The notes beneath the pieces are model-generated. The model was not told where the DNA came from. It did no database searches and saw only the letters and a list, made by a program, of their open reading frames with translations. Below are positions 16,067-25,370 of a DNA stretch of 32,320 bases, piece after piece. Origin of the DNA: Thermoplasmata archaeon HGW-Thermoplasmata-1 (GTDB taxonomy: Archaea; Thermoplasmatota; E2; GCA-002838935); assembly GCA_002838935.1 (NCBI GenBank), contig PGXE01000001.1, forward strand, positions 1 to 32,320. Reading direction: 5' to 3'. Position numbers and translations under genes: made by a program. Every line of letters begins with the position of its first letter. The stretch's first letter is position 1.

Positions 16067-16933
16067 ATGTCGATGTGCAAAAAGCATATGGGCCTTCTGA
16101 TAGCCGGCACCTCGGTCATCTTGAACGTGGTGCTTTTCGGGTTCAAGTTCTGGGTGGGGGAGATATCGAATTCGGTATCGCTTGTGGCCGACGCGTGGCA
16201 CACGCTTTCCGACAGTTTCACCTCGATAATCGTCATATTCGGTTTCTGGATGGCATCGCGCCCCGAAGACGAAAAGCACCCCTTCGGCCACGGGCGTGCG
16301 GAATCGGTGGGCGCCGTGGTTGTCGGAACCCTGCTCGGCGTAGTGAGCGTGGGTTTTTTCAGGCAGGCGATTCTGAGGTTAACCCATTACGAAGCCGCAA
16401 ATTTCGGGCTGCCTGCAATAATAGTCACCGCCGTCTGTATCATAGTAAAAGAGGGGATGGCGCAGGTTTCTATACGCGCGGGCCGCGGGGCGAATTCGCA
16501 ATCGCTTGTCGCCGACGGCTGGCACCACAGAAGCGACGCCATAACCTCGGTGATAATACTCGCCGGAATATTCATGGGTAAGTATCTATGGTGGATAGAC
16601 GGCGCGATGGGGATAGTCGTTTCGGCGTTCATACTTTATGCCGCAGTAGGCATCGTAAGGGAGGCCGCGAGCACGCTTTTGGGTGAATCGCCGAAAAAAG
16701 AGTTCGAAGACAGGATACGGAAGATAATCTGCGATGCGGCGCCCGAGGCGTGCAAGGCGCATCACCTGCACATGCATCACTACGGCGACCACACCGAGGT
16801 AACCGTGCATCTCTGCCTTCCGCCGCGAATGACCGTGAGGCGGGCGCACATCATCGCCAAGGGGGCGGAGGTCGCATTAAAAGAGAAGATGGGCATAGAT
16901 GCGACAATCCACATGGACCCGGACGACAACTGA
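16067..16933 (+). CDS. Cation diffusion facilitator (FieF-like) transporter
   Basis: ADAWHTLSD, HPFGHGRAE, ADGWHHRSD, His-rich C-terminal domain ending TIHMDP; TATAAA ~22 nt before ATG 16067 (the ORF is open from 15995). Confidence 0.93.
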   Translation: MSMCKKHMGLLIAGTSVILNVVLFGFKFWVGEISNSVSLVADAWHTLSDSFTSIIVIFGFWMASRPEDEKHPFGHGRAESVGAVVVGTLLGVVSVGFFRQAILRLTHYEAANFGLPAIIVTAVCIIVKEGMAQVSIRAGRGANSQSLVADGWHHRSDAITSVIILAGIFMGKYLWWIDGAMGIVVSAFILYAAVGIVREAASTLLGESPKKEFEDRIRKIICDAAPEACKAHHLHMHHYGDHTEVTVHLCLPPRMTVRRAHIIAKGAEVALKEKMGIDATIHMDPDDN

Positions 16934-16970
16934 GAATTGAGCGGGGGCAAAAAGCGTGTCTGCAAGCGAT

Positions 16971-18221
16971 ATGGAACGGATTCTGCACGGTTTTCTCGCA
17001 TCCGATTGTAACCTCGGGGAGGGTTCGCCCGAAAAAGGGATGGGATGTGCGACGCTTGTCGAGGAGACGGAGATCGATGGCGGCTGTTTTCCGCGTTACG
17101 TAAACGAGTTCTGGACCCCCATGCAGCGGCAGGCAGGCTCCATTCACGAGATATCTTACCGCGCCTGCTTCAAGGCGCAACTCCCAAGGTTCTTCATAGA
17201 GCGCCTGAGCGGGGAAGGGGACGTCGTTTACGACCCGTTTTCAGGCAGGGGGACGACCGTGGTCGAGGCGGGCATCATGGGAAGACGCATAATATCAAAC
17301 GACGTGAATCCGCTCAGCAGCATACTGTCGCGCCCCCGATTCTTCATACCCGACCTCCATGAAATCGAGTCGAGGCTTTGCGGCATAAGGTTCGACGATG
17401 CCGCGCCTTGCGATATCGACCTCTCCATGTTCTATCACCCGCAGACGCTCAGGGAGATAGTGTCGCTAAAGAATTACCTTCAGGAGAAAAGCCGCGAAGG
17501 GACAGAGGACGACGTAGACCGGTGGATTCGGATGGTGGCGACTAACAGGCTGACGGGCCACTCGCCAGGATTCTTCTCGGTATACACGCTGCCGCCGAAC
17601 CAGGCGATTTCGCGAGAGCGGCAACTTCTGATAAACGAGTCGCGCAAGCAGGCCCCTGAATACCGGGACGTAAGGAAGATAATACTGCGCAAGTCGAAAA
17701 GCCTGCTAAGGAACGTCAGCGAAGGGCAGAGGGCGAACCTGTCGAAAGCCGGGGAAACGGCGTTATTCCTCTCCAGGGGCGCGCGCGGCACGCCTGAGAT
17801 ATGCGAAGGAAGCGTGCAGCTTACGGTCACCTCGCCACCGTTCCTGGATGTGGTCCACTATGCGAACGACAACTGGCTTCGCTGCTGGTTCAACGATCTC
17901 GATGCCGCAGGCATAGAATCCGGGATAACGATGGCAAAAACGGTCGCAGGCTGGTCGAAGGAGATGGCTGCCGTATTCGGTGAGCTTTACAGGGTAACGC
18001 GGCAAGGGGGTTTTGTCGCTTTTGAGGTTGGGGAGGTCAGGGGCGGAAAGGTGAATCTTGACGAGTGCGTCATCCCGCTGGGGATAGCCGCAGGTTTCGA
18101 GTGCCTGGGGGTGGTTGTCAATTCCCAGCAATTCACCAAGACCTCCAACATCTGGGGCGTGAGCAATATGTCGCGCGGAACGAACACCAACCGCATAGTT
18201 GTTTTCAAAAAGGAGAGGTGA
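16971..18221 (+). CDS. DNA amino-methyltransferase (N4-C or N6-A), motif I before motif IV (alpha-type order)
   Basis: SAM-binding VYDPFSGRGTT near the N-terminus, catalytic VTSPPF near the C-terminus, ~200 aa between. Alternative start GTG 16956. Confidence 0.9.
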   Translation: MERILHGFLASDCNLGEGSPEKGMGCATLVEETEIDGGCFPRYVNEFWTPMQRQAGSIHEISYRACFKAQLPRFFIERLSGEGDVVYDPFSGRGTTVVEAGIMGRRIISNDVNPLSSILSRPRFFIPDLHEIESRLCGIRFDDAAPCDIDLSMFYHPQTLREIVSLKNYLQEKSREGTEDDVDRWIRMVATNRLTGHSPGFFSVYTLPPNQAISRERQLLINESRKQAPEYRDVRKIILRKSKSLLRNVSEGQRANLSKAGETALFLSRGARGTPEICEGSVQLTVTSPPFLDVVHYANDNWLRCWFNDLDAAGIESGITMAKTVAGWSKEMAAVFGELYRVTRQGGFVAFEVGEVRGGKVNLDECVIPLGIAAGFECLGVVVNSQQFTKTSNIWGVSNMSRGTNTNRIVVFKKER

Positions 18222-18835
18222 GCGGTTTGAACGGATTTTTCGAGTCATGCAGCGACGGAAGAACGGGCAGCGACGGAAGAACGGACGGCAGCGTCTTGGC
18301 GATAAGTGGAAACGGCGGCAGGCCGCTTCCGGCCGCAGTCGTATTGACGGACGAGATGATCCGCTCGGCAGAGGAGAAGGTGCCGTATACGAACGTCAAC
18401 CGCACAGTCGCTTCGCGGATAGACACGCTGACAGGCCTTCTCGGGGAATATGCATTCGCGCAGTATCTCTACGGCGACTGGAGGATGAACCGCGCCGAGG
18501 AGAACAGGGGGCGGGAGGACTTCGACGGCGTGGAGGTCAAGACCTCGGCGTTCCCGTACAGCGACAGGCTGCACCTGCTCGTGAGAGAGGACTATGCGGC
18601 GAAGAGAAAACCCTCATATTACGTACAGATAATAATAGACGTTCCCGACAGGAAAGCGGAGAGCATAGCTTCCGGCACCGTCGCGTATATCTGCGGCTAT
18701 GCAACGAGCGCGGAGGTGGACGATGCGCCAAAGAGGGATTTCGGTTCAAAGCGCGGGGGCGACGGCGGCTACCGTTGCCACTACATACCGCTTGGCAGGC
18801 TTCATCCCATAAGCGAGTTTGGTCCCGTCCATTAG
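18218..18835 (+). CDS. PD-(D/E)xK nuclease, probable restriction endonuclease
   Basis: GLLGEYAF...EDFDGVEVKT catalytic pattern; GTGA overlap with the MTase stop, or TTG 18227 after RBS GAGGTGA. Confidence 0.7.
   Translation: MSGLNGFFESCSDGRTGSDGRTDGSVLAISGNGGRPLPAAVVLTDEMIRSAEEKVPYTNVNRTVASRIDTLTGLLGEYAFAQYLYGDWRMNRAEENRGREDFDGVEVKTSAFPYSDRLHLLVREDYAAKRKPSYYVQIIIDVPDRKAESIASGTVAYICGYATSAEVDDAPKRDFGSKRGGDGGYRCHYIPLGRLHPISEFGPVH
18249..18284 (+). repeat. In-frame 18-bp tandem duplication GCAGCGACGGAAGAACGG x2
   Basis: Exact duplication giving SDGRTG-SDGRTD in the nuclease N-terminus. Confidence 0.9.
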
Positions 18836-18911
18836 ACCCGCCGCGCACGGTCAGACTGTTCTTTCTTCCAATCATCATATAAATCATATTTTGCTATATC
18901 CCCTCGCTAAC

Positions 18912-20813
18912 ATGCCGCGCAAGCTGAGGTCAGACTACCGCCGTCCGGTCACGGAGAAGTGCATCAGGGAGATATCCGAGGGTACGCTTTCGCGCTACGG
19001 CGAGACGATGTACGCAAACCTCAACAGCGGGCTGCTCGAGGAGTATTTCGACTACGAGAACGGCCTTGGCGAGAAAGGCCGCAGCGGAGGCGAGTGGAGC
19101 CTGAAGTCGATGATTCCCGCATTCATCATCGGTCTGCTTTTCGTTCCGATATCGATGTTCGCCGGTCTTAAGACAGGCTCCATGGCAAGCGGGCTTTTCT
19201 ACGTGGTCTACATCGTGTGCATCCTTCTCAAACAGGACGACAGGCAGACCAACATGGCGACGGCGCTTGCGACCTCGATAACCTCTGCCGGGGCGGGTTT
19301 CATATTCGTATTCCCTGCGATATATATACTGCGGTCCGAGGGCCTTTTACCCGAGATGGGCATTTCCGGGGTGATCGCGGCAGTCGTCCTCTCCGCGATA
19401 TGCGGCTTCATCGGCCTTCTCTACGTGCAGTTCGTAAGGCACAGGTGGATAATCGAGGACCCGTTGCCGTTTCCGGGGCTGCAGGCGAACATCAAGCTGA
19501 TGGAGATACCCCATTTCCTCTCACGCGGCGTGAGGGACAAGGCAAAGAGGTCGGTAAAATGGCTTGCGACGTCAACCGCGGCATCTCTCGCATTTACGTT
19601 CCTCCGGGAATTCCCGTTGAAGGGAAAGACCGCATTTGGCCGACTCTTTGGGCACTCCCGCCTGTATAACTCCGGAAACTTCGTGTTCGCGTCCGGCAGG
19701 TACTTCCAGATCGATTTCTTCCTAAGCCCGATGATGGTCGGGACAGGTTGGTTCCTCGGCCTGAAGAACTCGCTTCTCGTGGTCGGCGGCAGCCTGCTCA
19801 CGTGGTTTGCGGTAAACCCGCTGCTCATAACCCTGAAGTGGACATACTGGGATTCGGCTTCGGGAAGTTACCTCTGCGCAGCGGATACCTTTTCGGCTTA
19901 TGCGAACCTTGCCAGATACATAGCGATAGGCGCCATACTCGGCGCCGGAATCACCAGCCTGATAAAGATGATCGGCAAGATAAAGCCCTCCCTCGACAGG
20001 CACCTGTTCCCGGCATGGCTGCTCGCGATGTTCTCCGTCCTGCTCGTGGCAAGCGGCTTTGCGCTCTTCTGGTGGATGGGGCTGCCGATACACATAGCCA
20101 TCATCATGCCGCTGCTCATATTCCTGCTATATACGCTCCTTTCCCTCATAGCCTTGAAGGCGCAAGGCGAGGTCAGCATGCTGCCTGTATCCTCGATGGC
20201 GTTCGTTGCCATACTTGCGACGGTCGGGGTCGCAAGGGCTTTTCCATCATTCCTCGGACCGGCGGTAATCGCGGCGCTCGTGGGCGTAACCGCATTCGGC
20301 GTCGGCGTCGGCAATTCGGGTGGCGCCATGACATCCCTCAAGATTGGGTTATACGCGGGCAACCGCCCAAAATCCGTGATGCTTACCCAGTTCTTTGGCA
20401 TAGTGCCGGGAGTCATCGTCGCGGCGATATTCGGCGTGGCGCTAAGCACGGCCATGGTGAACGGGCAGATAATCGTGGCCGCCCCGCAGGCGAACGCGTC
20501 CGCATTTCTCACGAGGATGTTCATCAACGGCCACGTCGACTACCTGCTCTTTGGCATCGGCGGCGCAATCGGCATAGCTGTCGAACTCCTGACCGGGAGA
20601 GGCGTATCCTTCGCTCTTGGAATGTATTTTCCGCTTAGCCTGTCGCTTCCGTTTCTTGCGGGCGGGCTTTCAAGGGGAATATTCGAGAAGAGGTGCAAAA
20701 CCAAAAGGGAAGAGAAAATCAACACCTCTTATCTCGTCATATCGGGCCTAATAATCGGCGAGGCGCTCGTAGGGACGATAGTTGCGATATATGCGATAAT
20801 GGCGATTGGCTGA
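18912..20813 (+). CDS. OPT/YSL family oligopeptide transporter
   Basis: FAGLKTG, GFIFVFPA, DPLPFPG, SLKIGLYAGNRP, AAPQANA, SFALGMYFP, SGLIIGEALVG. Confidence 0.92.
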   Translation: MPRKLRSDYRRPVTEKCIREISEGTLSRYGETMYANLNSGLLEEYFDYENGLGEKGRSGGEWSLKSMIPAFIIGLLFVPISMFAGLKTGSMASGLFYVVYIVCILLKQDDRQTNMATALATSITSAGAGFIFVFPAIYILRSEGLLPEMGISGVIAAVVLSAICGFIGLLYVQFVRHRWIIEDPLPFPGLQANIKLMEIPHFLSRGVRDKAKRSVKWLATSTAASLAFTFLREFPLKGKTAFGRLFGHSRLYNSGNFVFASGRYFQIDFFLSPMMVGTGWFLGLKNSLLVVGGSLLTWFAVNPLLITLKWTYWDSASGSYLCAADTFSAYANLARYIAIGAILGAGITSLIKMIGKIKPSLDRHLFPAWLLAMFSVLLVASGFALFWWMGLPIHIAIIMPLLIFLLYTLLSLIALKAQGEVSMLPVSSMAFVAILATVGVARAFPSFLGPAVIAALVGVTAFGVGVGNSGGAMTSLKIGLYAGNRPKSVMLTQFFGIVPGVIVAAIFGVALSTAMVNGQIIVAAPQANASAFLTRMFINGHVDYLLFGIGGAIGIAVELLTGRGVSFALGMYFPLSLSLPFLAGGLSRGIFEKRCKTKREEKINTSYLVISGLIIGEALVGTIVAIYAIMAIG

Positions 20814-20920
20814 AAACTTTTTTCGCGTCCGCAAGCCCGAAAAGGCGGAACCTGCCCCGGCGCGGCGTGCTTGGCAAAACATTGCACAATAATCGAGGCA
20901 CCCGCAGCCTTGCATAATTC

Positions 20921-22138
20921 TTACATAAAGTAGTAAATCAGGTTTGCAATCGCCGCGGCTGCGACCGAGGCGGCGAGAAACAGCAGGTAACCGCGAAATT
21001 CCGGCCTGTAGTATTCATAGGTTAGCGCCAGGCAGAGATGCAGCGGCGATATCATGTAGCCAAGGAATGACGAGATGTAGAAAAGCGCGGCCACGCCTGC
21101 GCCGTCGATCAGGTCGGCCATCACAGGGTAACAGAGGCCTATCGTTCCGGGCGCGCTCCCAAGCAGGAATCCTATGATAAACGGGAAAAGCGACACGAGC
21201 AGGGTCGGCGGGACGAACGAGAAGAGGGCGAGTATCTCCGATGCGGCGCCTGAAGCCAGCACGAGGTTCTTGAAGAGGAATATGCCCACTATCGAAAGGG
21301 GAAGCTTGAACGCCACCCCTTCCCGCAGATGGGAGAGTTTTCCGTTGTTTAACATCGCAAGCCCGATGCCGACAGGAAGGGCTATGAGAAATGCGAGGTA
21401 CGATGGAAGGATAAACGAAAGCCCTATGGAGAGGGCGACAGGCACGGCTATCGGGAGAAACGGCAAGATGCCGATCCTGCCGCGCTCCCGGTCATTTCGT
21501 TTTTCGCTTTTACCCACTCTCAGAATAAGATATGCGGCCCCGATGAAGAGCGTGACGCCCGTCATCGGCAGCAGGTAGAGCAGGAGCCTGTATATCGACA
21601 CGCCTGCAAGCTCGGACATCAGCACGAACGAGGAGGCTATCGGAAATATCAGGACGAGCATGTGCCGAAACCAGATGTTGATAAAGAAGAGGTCCATCGC
21701 CTTCAATCCTTCGCCCTTCTCCTTTACCAACGGCGCCGAGATGAGCGCGCCGCCCGGAACAGGCAAAAGCCCGAGAATCGCAGGGATGGACGCAAGAAGG
21801 GCGCGCTTTGAAAGGACTCCTTCAAGCCCTAGAAGAATCTCCTTTATCTGCCCGTTTCGCTTCATCAGCGTCGCAAGCATGCCGATCATCAGCATTATCG
21901 CGGCAAGTGACCAGGTAAGCGGGTCGATTAGTGTCTCCGCCAGCACGCGCAAAAAGAGATCCCTCACCGCCAAAATTCCCATTACGAGCGAGCCTGCAAA
22001 AAGCCCTAGCGCGATGTTCTTTTTCCATATCGTGAGCCCGACTACCGTTGCGAACGAAACGGCGAGCACGGCGAGGGTGAATGACGACACAACCCTGAAT
22101 CCGGAATCGGTCTTTAAAACATATAGGGAAACAAACAC
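20921..22138 (-). CDS. DUF401 family membrane protein
   Basis: IPAILGLLPVPGGALISAP, NIWFRH, GYMISPLHLCLALTYEYY; the true start may be GTG 22090. Confidence 0.85.
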   Translation of the reverse strand: MFVSLYVLKTDSGFRVVSSFTLAVLAVSFATVVGLTIWKKNIALGLFAGSLVMGILAVRDLFLRVLAETLIDPLTWSLAAIMLMIGMLATLMKRNGQIKEILLGLEGVLSKRALLASIPAILGLLPVPGGALISAPLVKEKGEGLKAMDLFFINIWFRHMLVLIFPIASSFVLMSELAGVSIYRLLLYLLPMTGVTLFIGAAYLILRVGKSEKRNDRERGRIGILPFLPIAVPVALSIGLSFILPSYLAFLIALPVGIGLAMLNNGKLSHLREGVAFKLPLSIVGIFLFKNLVLASGAASEILALFSFVPPTLLVSLFPFIIGFLLGSAPGTIGLCYPVMADLIDGAGVAALFYISSFLGYMISPLHLCLALTYEYYRPEFRGYLLFLAASVAAAAIANLIYYFM

Positions 22139-22273
22139 CTAGGGAAACCGGTGGCAGACCGGCGCAAGACGCCGCGGTCGGGAGAATCGGGAATTAGAAT
22201 TACTATAAATCAAATAGGCCGGTCAGACAGTAGATGATGAATGGAATGAGCGAGCGGGGCGCGAAAAAGAATC

Positions 22274-22690
22274 TTACCCAGACAGCTTCATTATCGCTTC
22301 GGCTATGTCGCCTTTCGCCTCTTCGAGCGCCTTCCTTGCGGTCTTATTGTCAACTCCGGCCTGGCCTGCCACGAGCGCGACGTCGTCGTCGGATATCTCC
22401 AATACCACATCGTCCATGCTGCCCGTCACGGCGGCAGTTTCGGCAGCCCTGTTTTTCTGCTCTTCCGCGGCACCGGCCTTATTGACTACGGTCGGGGTTC
22501 CGGAAAGCTGGTAGGTCTTGCCCTGCGGGGTGTTCATTATCGTGACCTCGGCGTCCCTGAAAACGTAGTCCTTTGTCGGGGTCTTTATGACGACCTGCTC
22601 GACATCCGGAATCTCCTCTACGTTTATACCAAGGCGCCTCATCATCATGTTCATCTGCTTTGCGTTCATCTTGCCCATTCCCGGCATCAT
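22274..22690 (-). CDS. nac: Nascent polypeptide-associated complex protein
   Basis: MMPGMGKMNAKQMNMMMRRLGI NAC domain; C-terminal UBA-like DDVALVAGQAGV...GDIAEAIMKL. Confidence 0.95.
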   Translation of the reverse strand: MMPGMGKMNAKQMNMMMRRLGINVEEIPDVEQVVIKTPTKDYVFRDAEVTIMNTPQGKTYQLSGTPTVVNKAGAAEEQKNRAAETAAVTGSMDDVVLEISDDDVALVAGQAGVDNKTARKALEEAKGDIAEAIMKLSG

Positions 22691-22767
22691 GAAGGTCACT
22701 TCCCGACTCAAGGTATTGCGCCTTTGCGTTTAACGTTTTCTGGTGGTTGTCTGTTTGCCCCACTCTA

Positions 22768-22791
22768 GCGGATAAGGCAAAGTTTATCCGC
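22768..22791. promoter_or_regulatory. Perfect palindrome GCGGATAA-N8-TTATCCGC between divergent nac and nnr
   Basis: 8-bp inverted repeat just upstream of the TATA-like CATATAA before nnr. Confidence 0.45.
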
Positions 22792-22839
22792 ACCGCAGAC
22801 TTAACATATAACGCCTAATTCCTAATCGCAGGTGGTCAT

Positions 22840-24315
22840 ATGATATCCGCAACCCGCGCAAGAGCGATAGACCATAACGCCCAGCATCTCGGCGTAAAGG
22901 CAAGCGACATGATGGAAGCCGCAGGAAGGGCGGTCGCCGGGAAGTGCGTGGAGCTATATCCGAAGGCAATGCAGGTGCTGTTACTTTGCGGATCCGGAAA
23001 CAACGGCGGCGACGGTTTTGTTGCGGCAAGATATCTAAAGGATGCCGGCTATGAATCCGAGATACTTTTATTCGCACCGCACCCGTTGGCGGGAGACGGC
23101 GGCATGGCAGCCGATAACCTGAAGAAGGCAAAAGAACACGGGGTCAAGGTTATGGAGCATCGTCCCGGCGGGCTGCCTGATGCACCGCTTGCCGAGATGT
23201 TCGACGGGTATGATCTGTTGGTGGATTCGATGCTCGGCGTCGGTGCATGCGGCAAGCTGAGAGAACCCTATCTTTCGGCCGCAAGGATGCTAAACGCTTC
23301 GGGCAGGCCGGTGCTTTCGGTGGACGTCCCGACAGGGTTTGGAACGGGCGAGGCCGTGCTGCCTCAGGTTACCGTGACCTTCCACGATGCCAAGGAGGGG
23401 ATGACCGGGGAGAACAGCGGCAGGATAATAATCGTGCCAATCGGCATCCCGGATAGGGCGGCGACCCATTTCGGCCCCGGCGACCTGCGTTTTTGTTTTC
23501 CGGTTCCGGCAGCCGATTCGCATAAGGGCGACAACGGCAGGGTCCTGGTCATCGGCGGCGGCCCTTACCCGGGTGCGCCGGTTCTTGCGGCAATGGCCGC
23601 GCTTCGCTCCGGCTGCGACCTCGTCTTTTTGGCAGTGCCGCAGCCCTGCTATAACTCGGCCGCATGCCACTCACCCGACCTCATAGTCCGCGCCCTGCCG
23701 CACGAAACGCTTTGCGAAGAGGACGTTCCTGCGATAGAAGCACTTTTGCATAAGGCGGATGCCGTGCTCGTGGGGCCGGGCCTTGGCGACTCGAAAGAGA
23801 CCCGCGCGGCCGTGCAGTCGGTTCTTAGAATCTGCATCGCGGCGGGAAAGAGAGTCGTCGTGGACGCGGATGCCGTTTCGCCGGCGTCAGGCATCCTGCG
23901 GGAACTGCGCGACAAAGGCGTCGTTTTCACCCCCCACGCGGGAGAGTTCTTCGAGCTTACCGGAAAGAGGCTGCCGCAAGGCGTCCAAAAAAGGGCGGAA
24001 CTGGTCGATTCCGAAGCCCGCTCGATAGGCGCGACGATATTGCTAAAGGGCAAAGAGGACATCGTGAGCGACGGAAAAGAAACCAGATTCAATTCCACGG
24101 GCTGCGCCGGCATGACCGTAGGCGGCACGGGCGACGTTCTTGCGGGTGTTACCGCATCCCTGCTTTCGAGGGGGGTCTGCCCGCTGGATGCAGCTGGGCT
24201 CTCTGCTTTCATAAACGGAAAGGCAGGAGAGCTATGCTTCGAGGAATTTTCCTACGGCATGGTCGCAAGCGACCTGATTGCGGCTATACCGAAGGTTCTG
24301 AAAAGCCTTCTTTGA
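22840..24315 (+). CDS. nnr: Bifunctional NAD(P)H-hydrate epimerase/dehydratase (YjeF)
   Basis: MMEAAG, CGSGNNGGDG, SVDVPTG; SHKGDNGRVLVIGG, VGPGLG, TPHAGEF, GGTGDVLAG. Confidence 0.96.
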   Translation: MISATRARAIDHNAQHLGVKASDMMEAAGRAVAGKCVELYPKAMQVLLLCGSGNNGGDGFVAARYLKDAGYESEILLFAPHPLAGDGGMAADNLKKAKEHGVKVMEHRPGGLPDAPLAEMFDGYDLLVDSMLGVGACGKLREPYLSAARMLNASGRPVLSVDVPTGFGTGEAVLPQVTVTFHDAKEGMTGENSGRIIIVPIGIPDRAATHFGPGDLRFCFPVPAADSHKGDNGRVLVIGGGPYPGAPVLAAMAALRSGCDLVFLAVPQPCYNSAACHSPDLIVRALPHETLCEEDVPAIEALLHKADAVLVGPGLGDSKETRAAVQSVLRICIAAGKRVVVDADAVSPASGILRELRDKGVVFTPHAGEFFELTGKRLPQGVQKRAELVDSEARSIGATILLKGKEDIVSDGKETRFNSTGCAGMTVGGTGDVLAGVTASLLSRGVCPLDAAGLSAFINGKAGELCFEEFSYGMVASDLIAAIPKVLKSLL

Positions 24316-24357
24316 TTCGCCGCAAATTTCGGGCCCGCCGCAAAATATGCAACTTTT

Positions 24358-24389
24358 ATAAACCCCCGGACACATAAACCCCTAGACAC
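24358..24389. repeat. Imperfect 16-bp tandem duplication overlapping a TATA box
   Basis: ATAAACCCCCGGACAC / ATAAACCCCTAGACAC (14/16 identical); TTTTATAAA at 24354-24362. Confidence 0.7.
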
Positions 24390-24404
24390 AAACACTTACC
24401 TATC

Positions 24405-25184
24405 TTGCGAGGGGAAAATACATTGAAGCTCGGCAACGTGAAATCATTCTGTCAGAATAACCGCATCTTCGTTTTGGGGCTTGCGACCTCGCTTATGCTG
24501 ATCGGCTTGTCCCTGTATGTGCACTTCGCCCTCCAAGACACGATATACTACCGCGAGAACGGCATCGAATTCCGCGCACTGGTATGGCGCAGCTATTGCC
24601 TCGAAGCCGCCGCCCTTACCATAATACTAATGTCCATACTGAATTTCTTCCCTGTTTCGCTTATGGCAGTTTCGATAGGCCTCTTTGACGTTTTGCTGCA
24701 CATCCTCGGCGGCATGTTCGACTGGTATCACACAATAGATTTCTGGGATCACATAACTCACGGATTAAGCCACCTCGCCATCGTAATAGGCGTGGCGTAT
24801 TGGTTTCGCATGGGCGAAGATCGCGGCAAGGTTTCGATTTCACCCCTACTCTGCCTGTCGGCGGTAATACTCATCTCGATAGGGGTCGGCGCAATATTCG
24901 AGGTAAGGGAATACGCATTCTCATACGTTTTCGACACCATCGACCAGGGCGGCTACGACAACACCCTTCAGGACATAATGTTCAATATAATCGGCTCGCT
25001 TATCGGCGGGATTATCATGATAGCGATAACGTCAAGCCCGAAGAGCGAAAGCGGCGGGAGATTCGTCAGGTACGTCGGGAAGAACGGCAGAAAGCTATGG
25101 ATAATGGCCGCAGTCTGTCTTGCCCTGATTGCGGTCTTGCTATTCGTCTGGTACGGCAAGGCCATTACGTTGGACAAATGGTAG
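24405..25184 (+). CDS. Integral membrane protein, DUF2238-like
   Basis: LHILGG...WDHITH...FEVREY...QGGYDNTLQD pattern with ~6 TM; start TTG 24405 or 24423. Confidence 0.75.
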   Translation: MRGENTLKLGNVKSFCQNNRIFVLGLATSLMLIGLSLYVHFALQDTIYYRENGIEFRALVWRSYCLEAAALTIILMSILNFFPVSLMAVSIGLFDVLLHILGGMFDWYHTIDFWDHITHGLSHLAIVIGVAYWFRMGEDRGKVSISPLLCLSAVILISIGVGAIFEVREYAFSYVFDTIDQGGYDNTLQDIMFNIIGSLIGGIIMIAITSSPKSESGGRFVRYVGKNGRKLWIMAAVCLALIAVLLFVWYGKAITLDKW

Positions 25185-25370
25185 TTTTCGGCTAGCAGGC
25201 ATCGCCGAATTTATCAACTGGGTGGCGGGAGAGATGGCCTTTGAAAACCTTTCGTATGGCATGAACTCAAGCGGTATGATTGAGTTTCTGCCCCCCGTTC
25301 TGAACGAATTTCTGTAGATGCTGGCGGGGTCGACCAAAACCCTATATATTACCGCATGCTATCCCTGGCC

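Noticed and set aside
25185-25340. Small ORFs or gene remnant between the DUF2238-like gene and mscS
   Set aside because: No recognisable motif, start signal or convincing structure on either strand.
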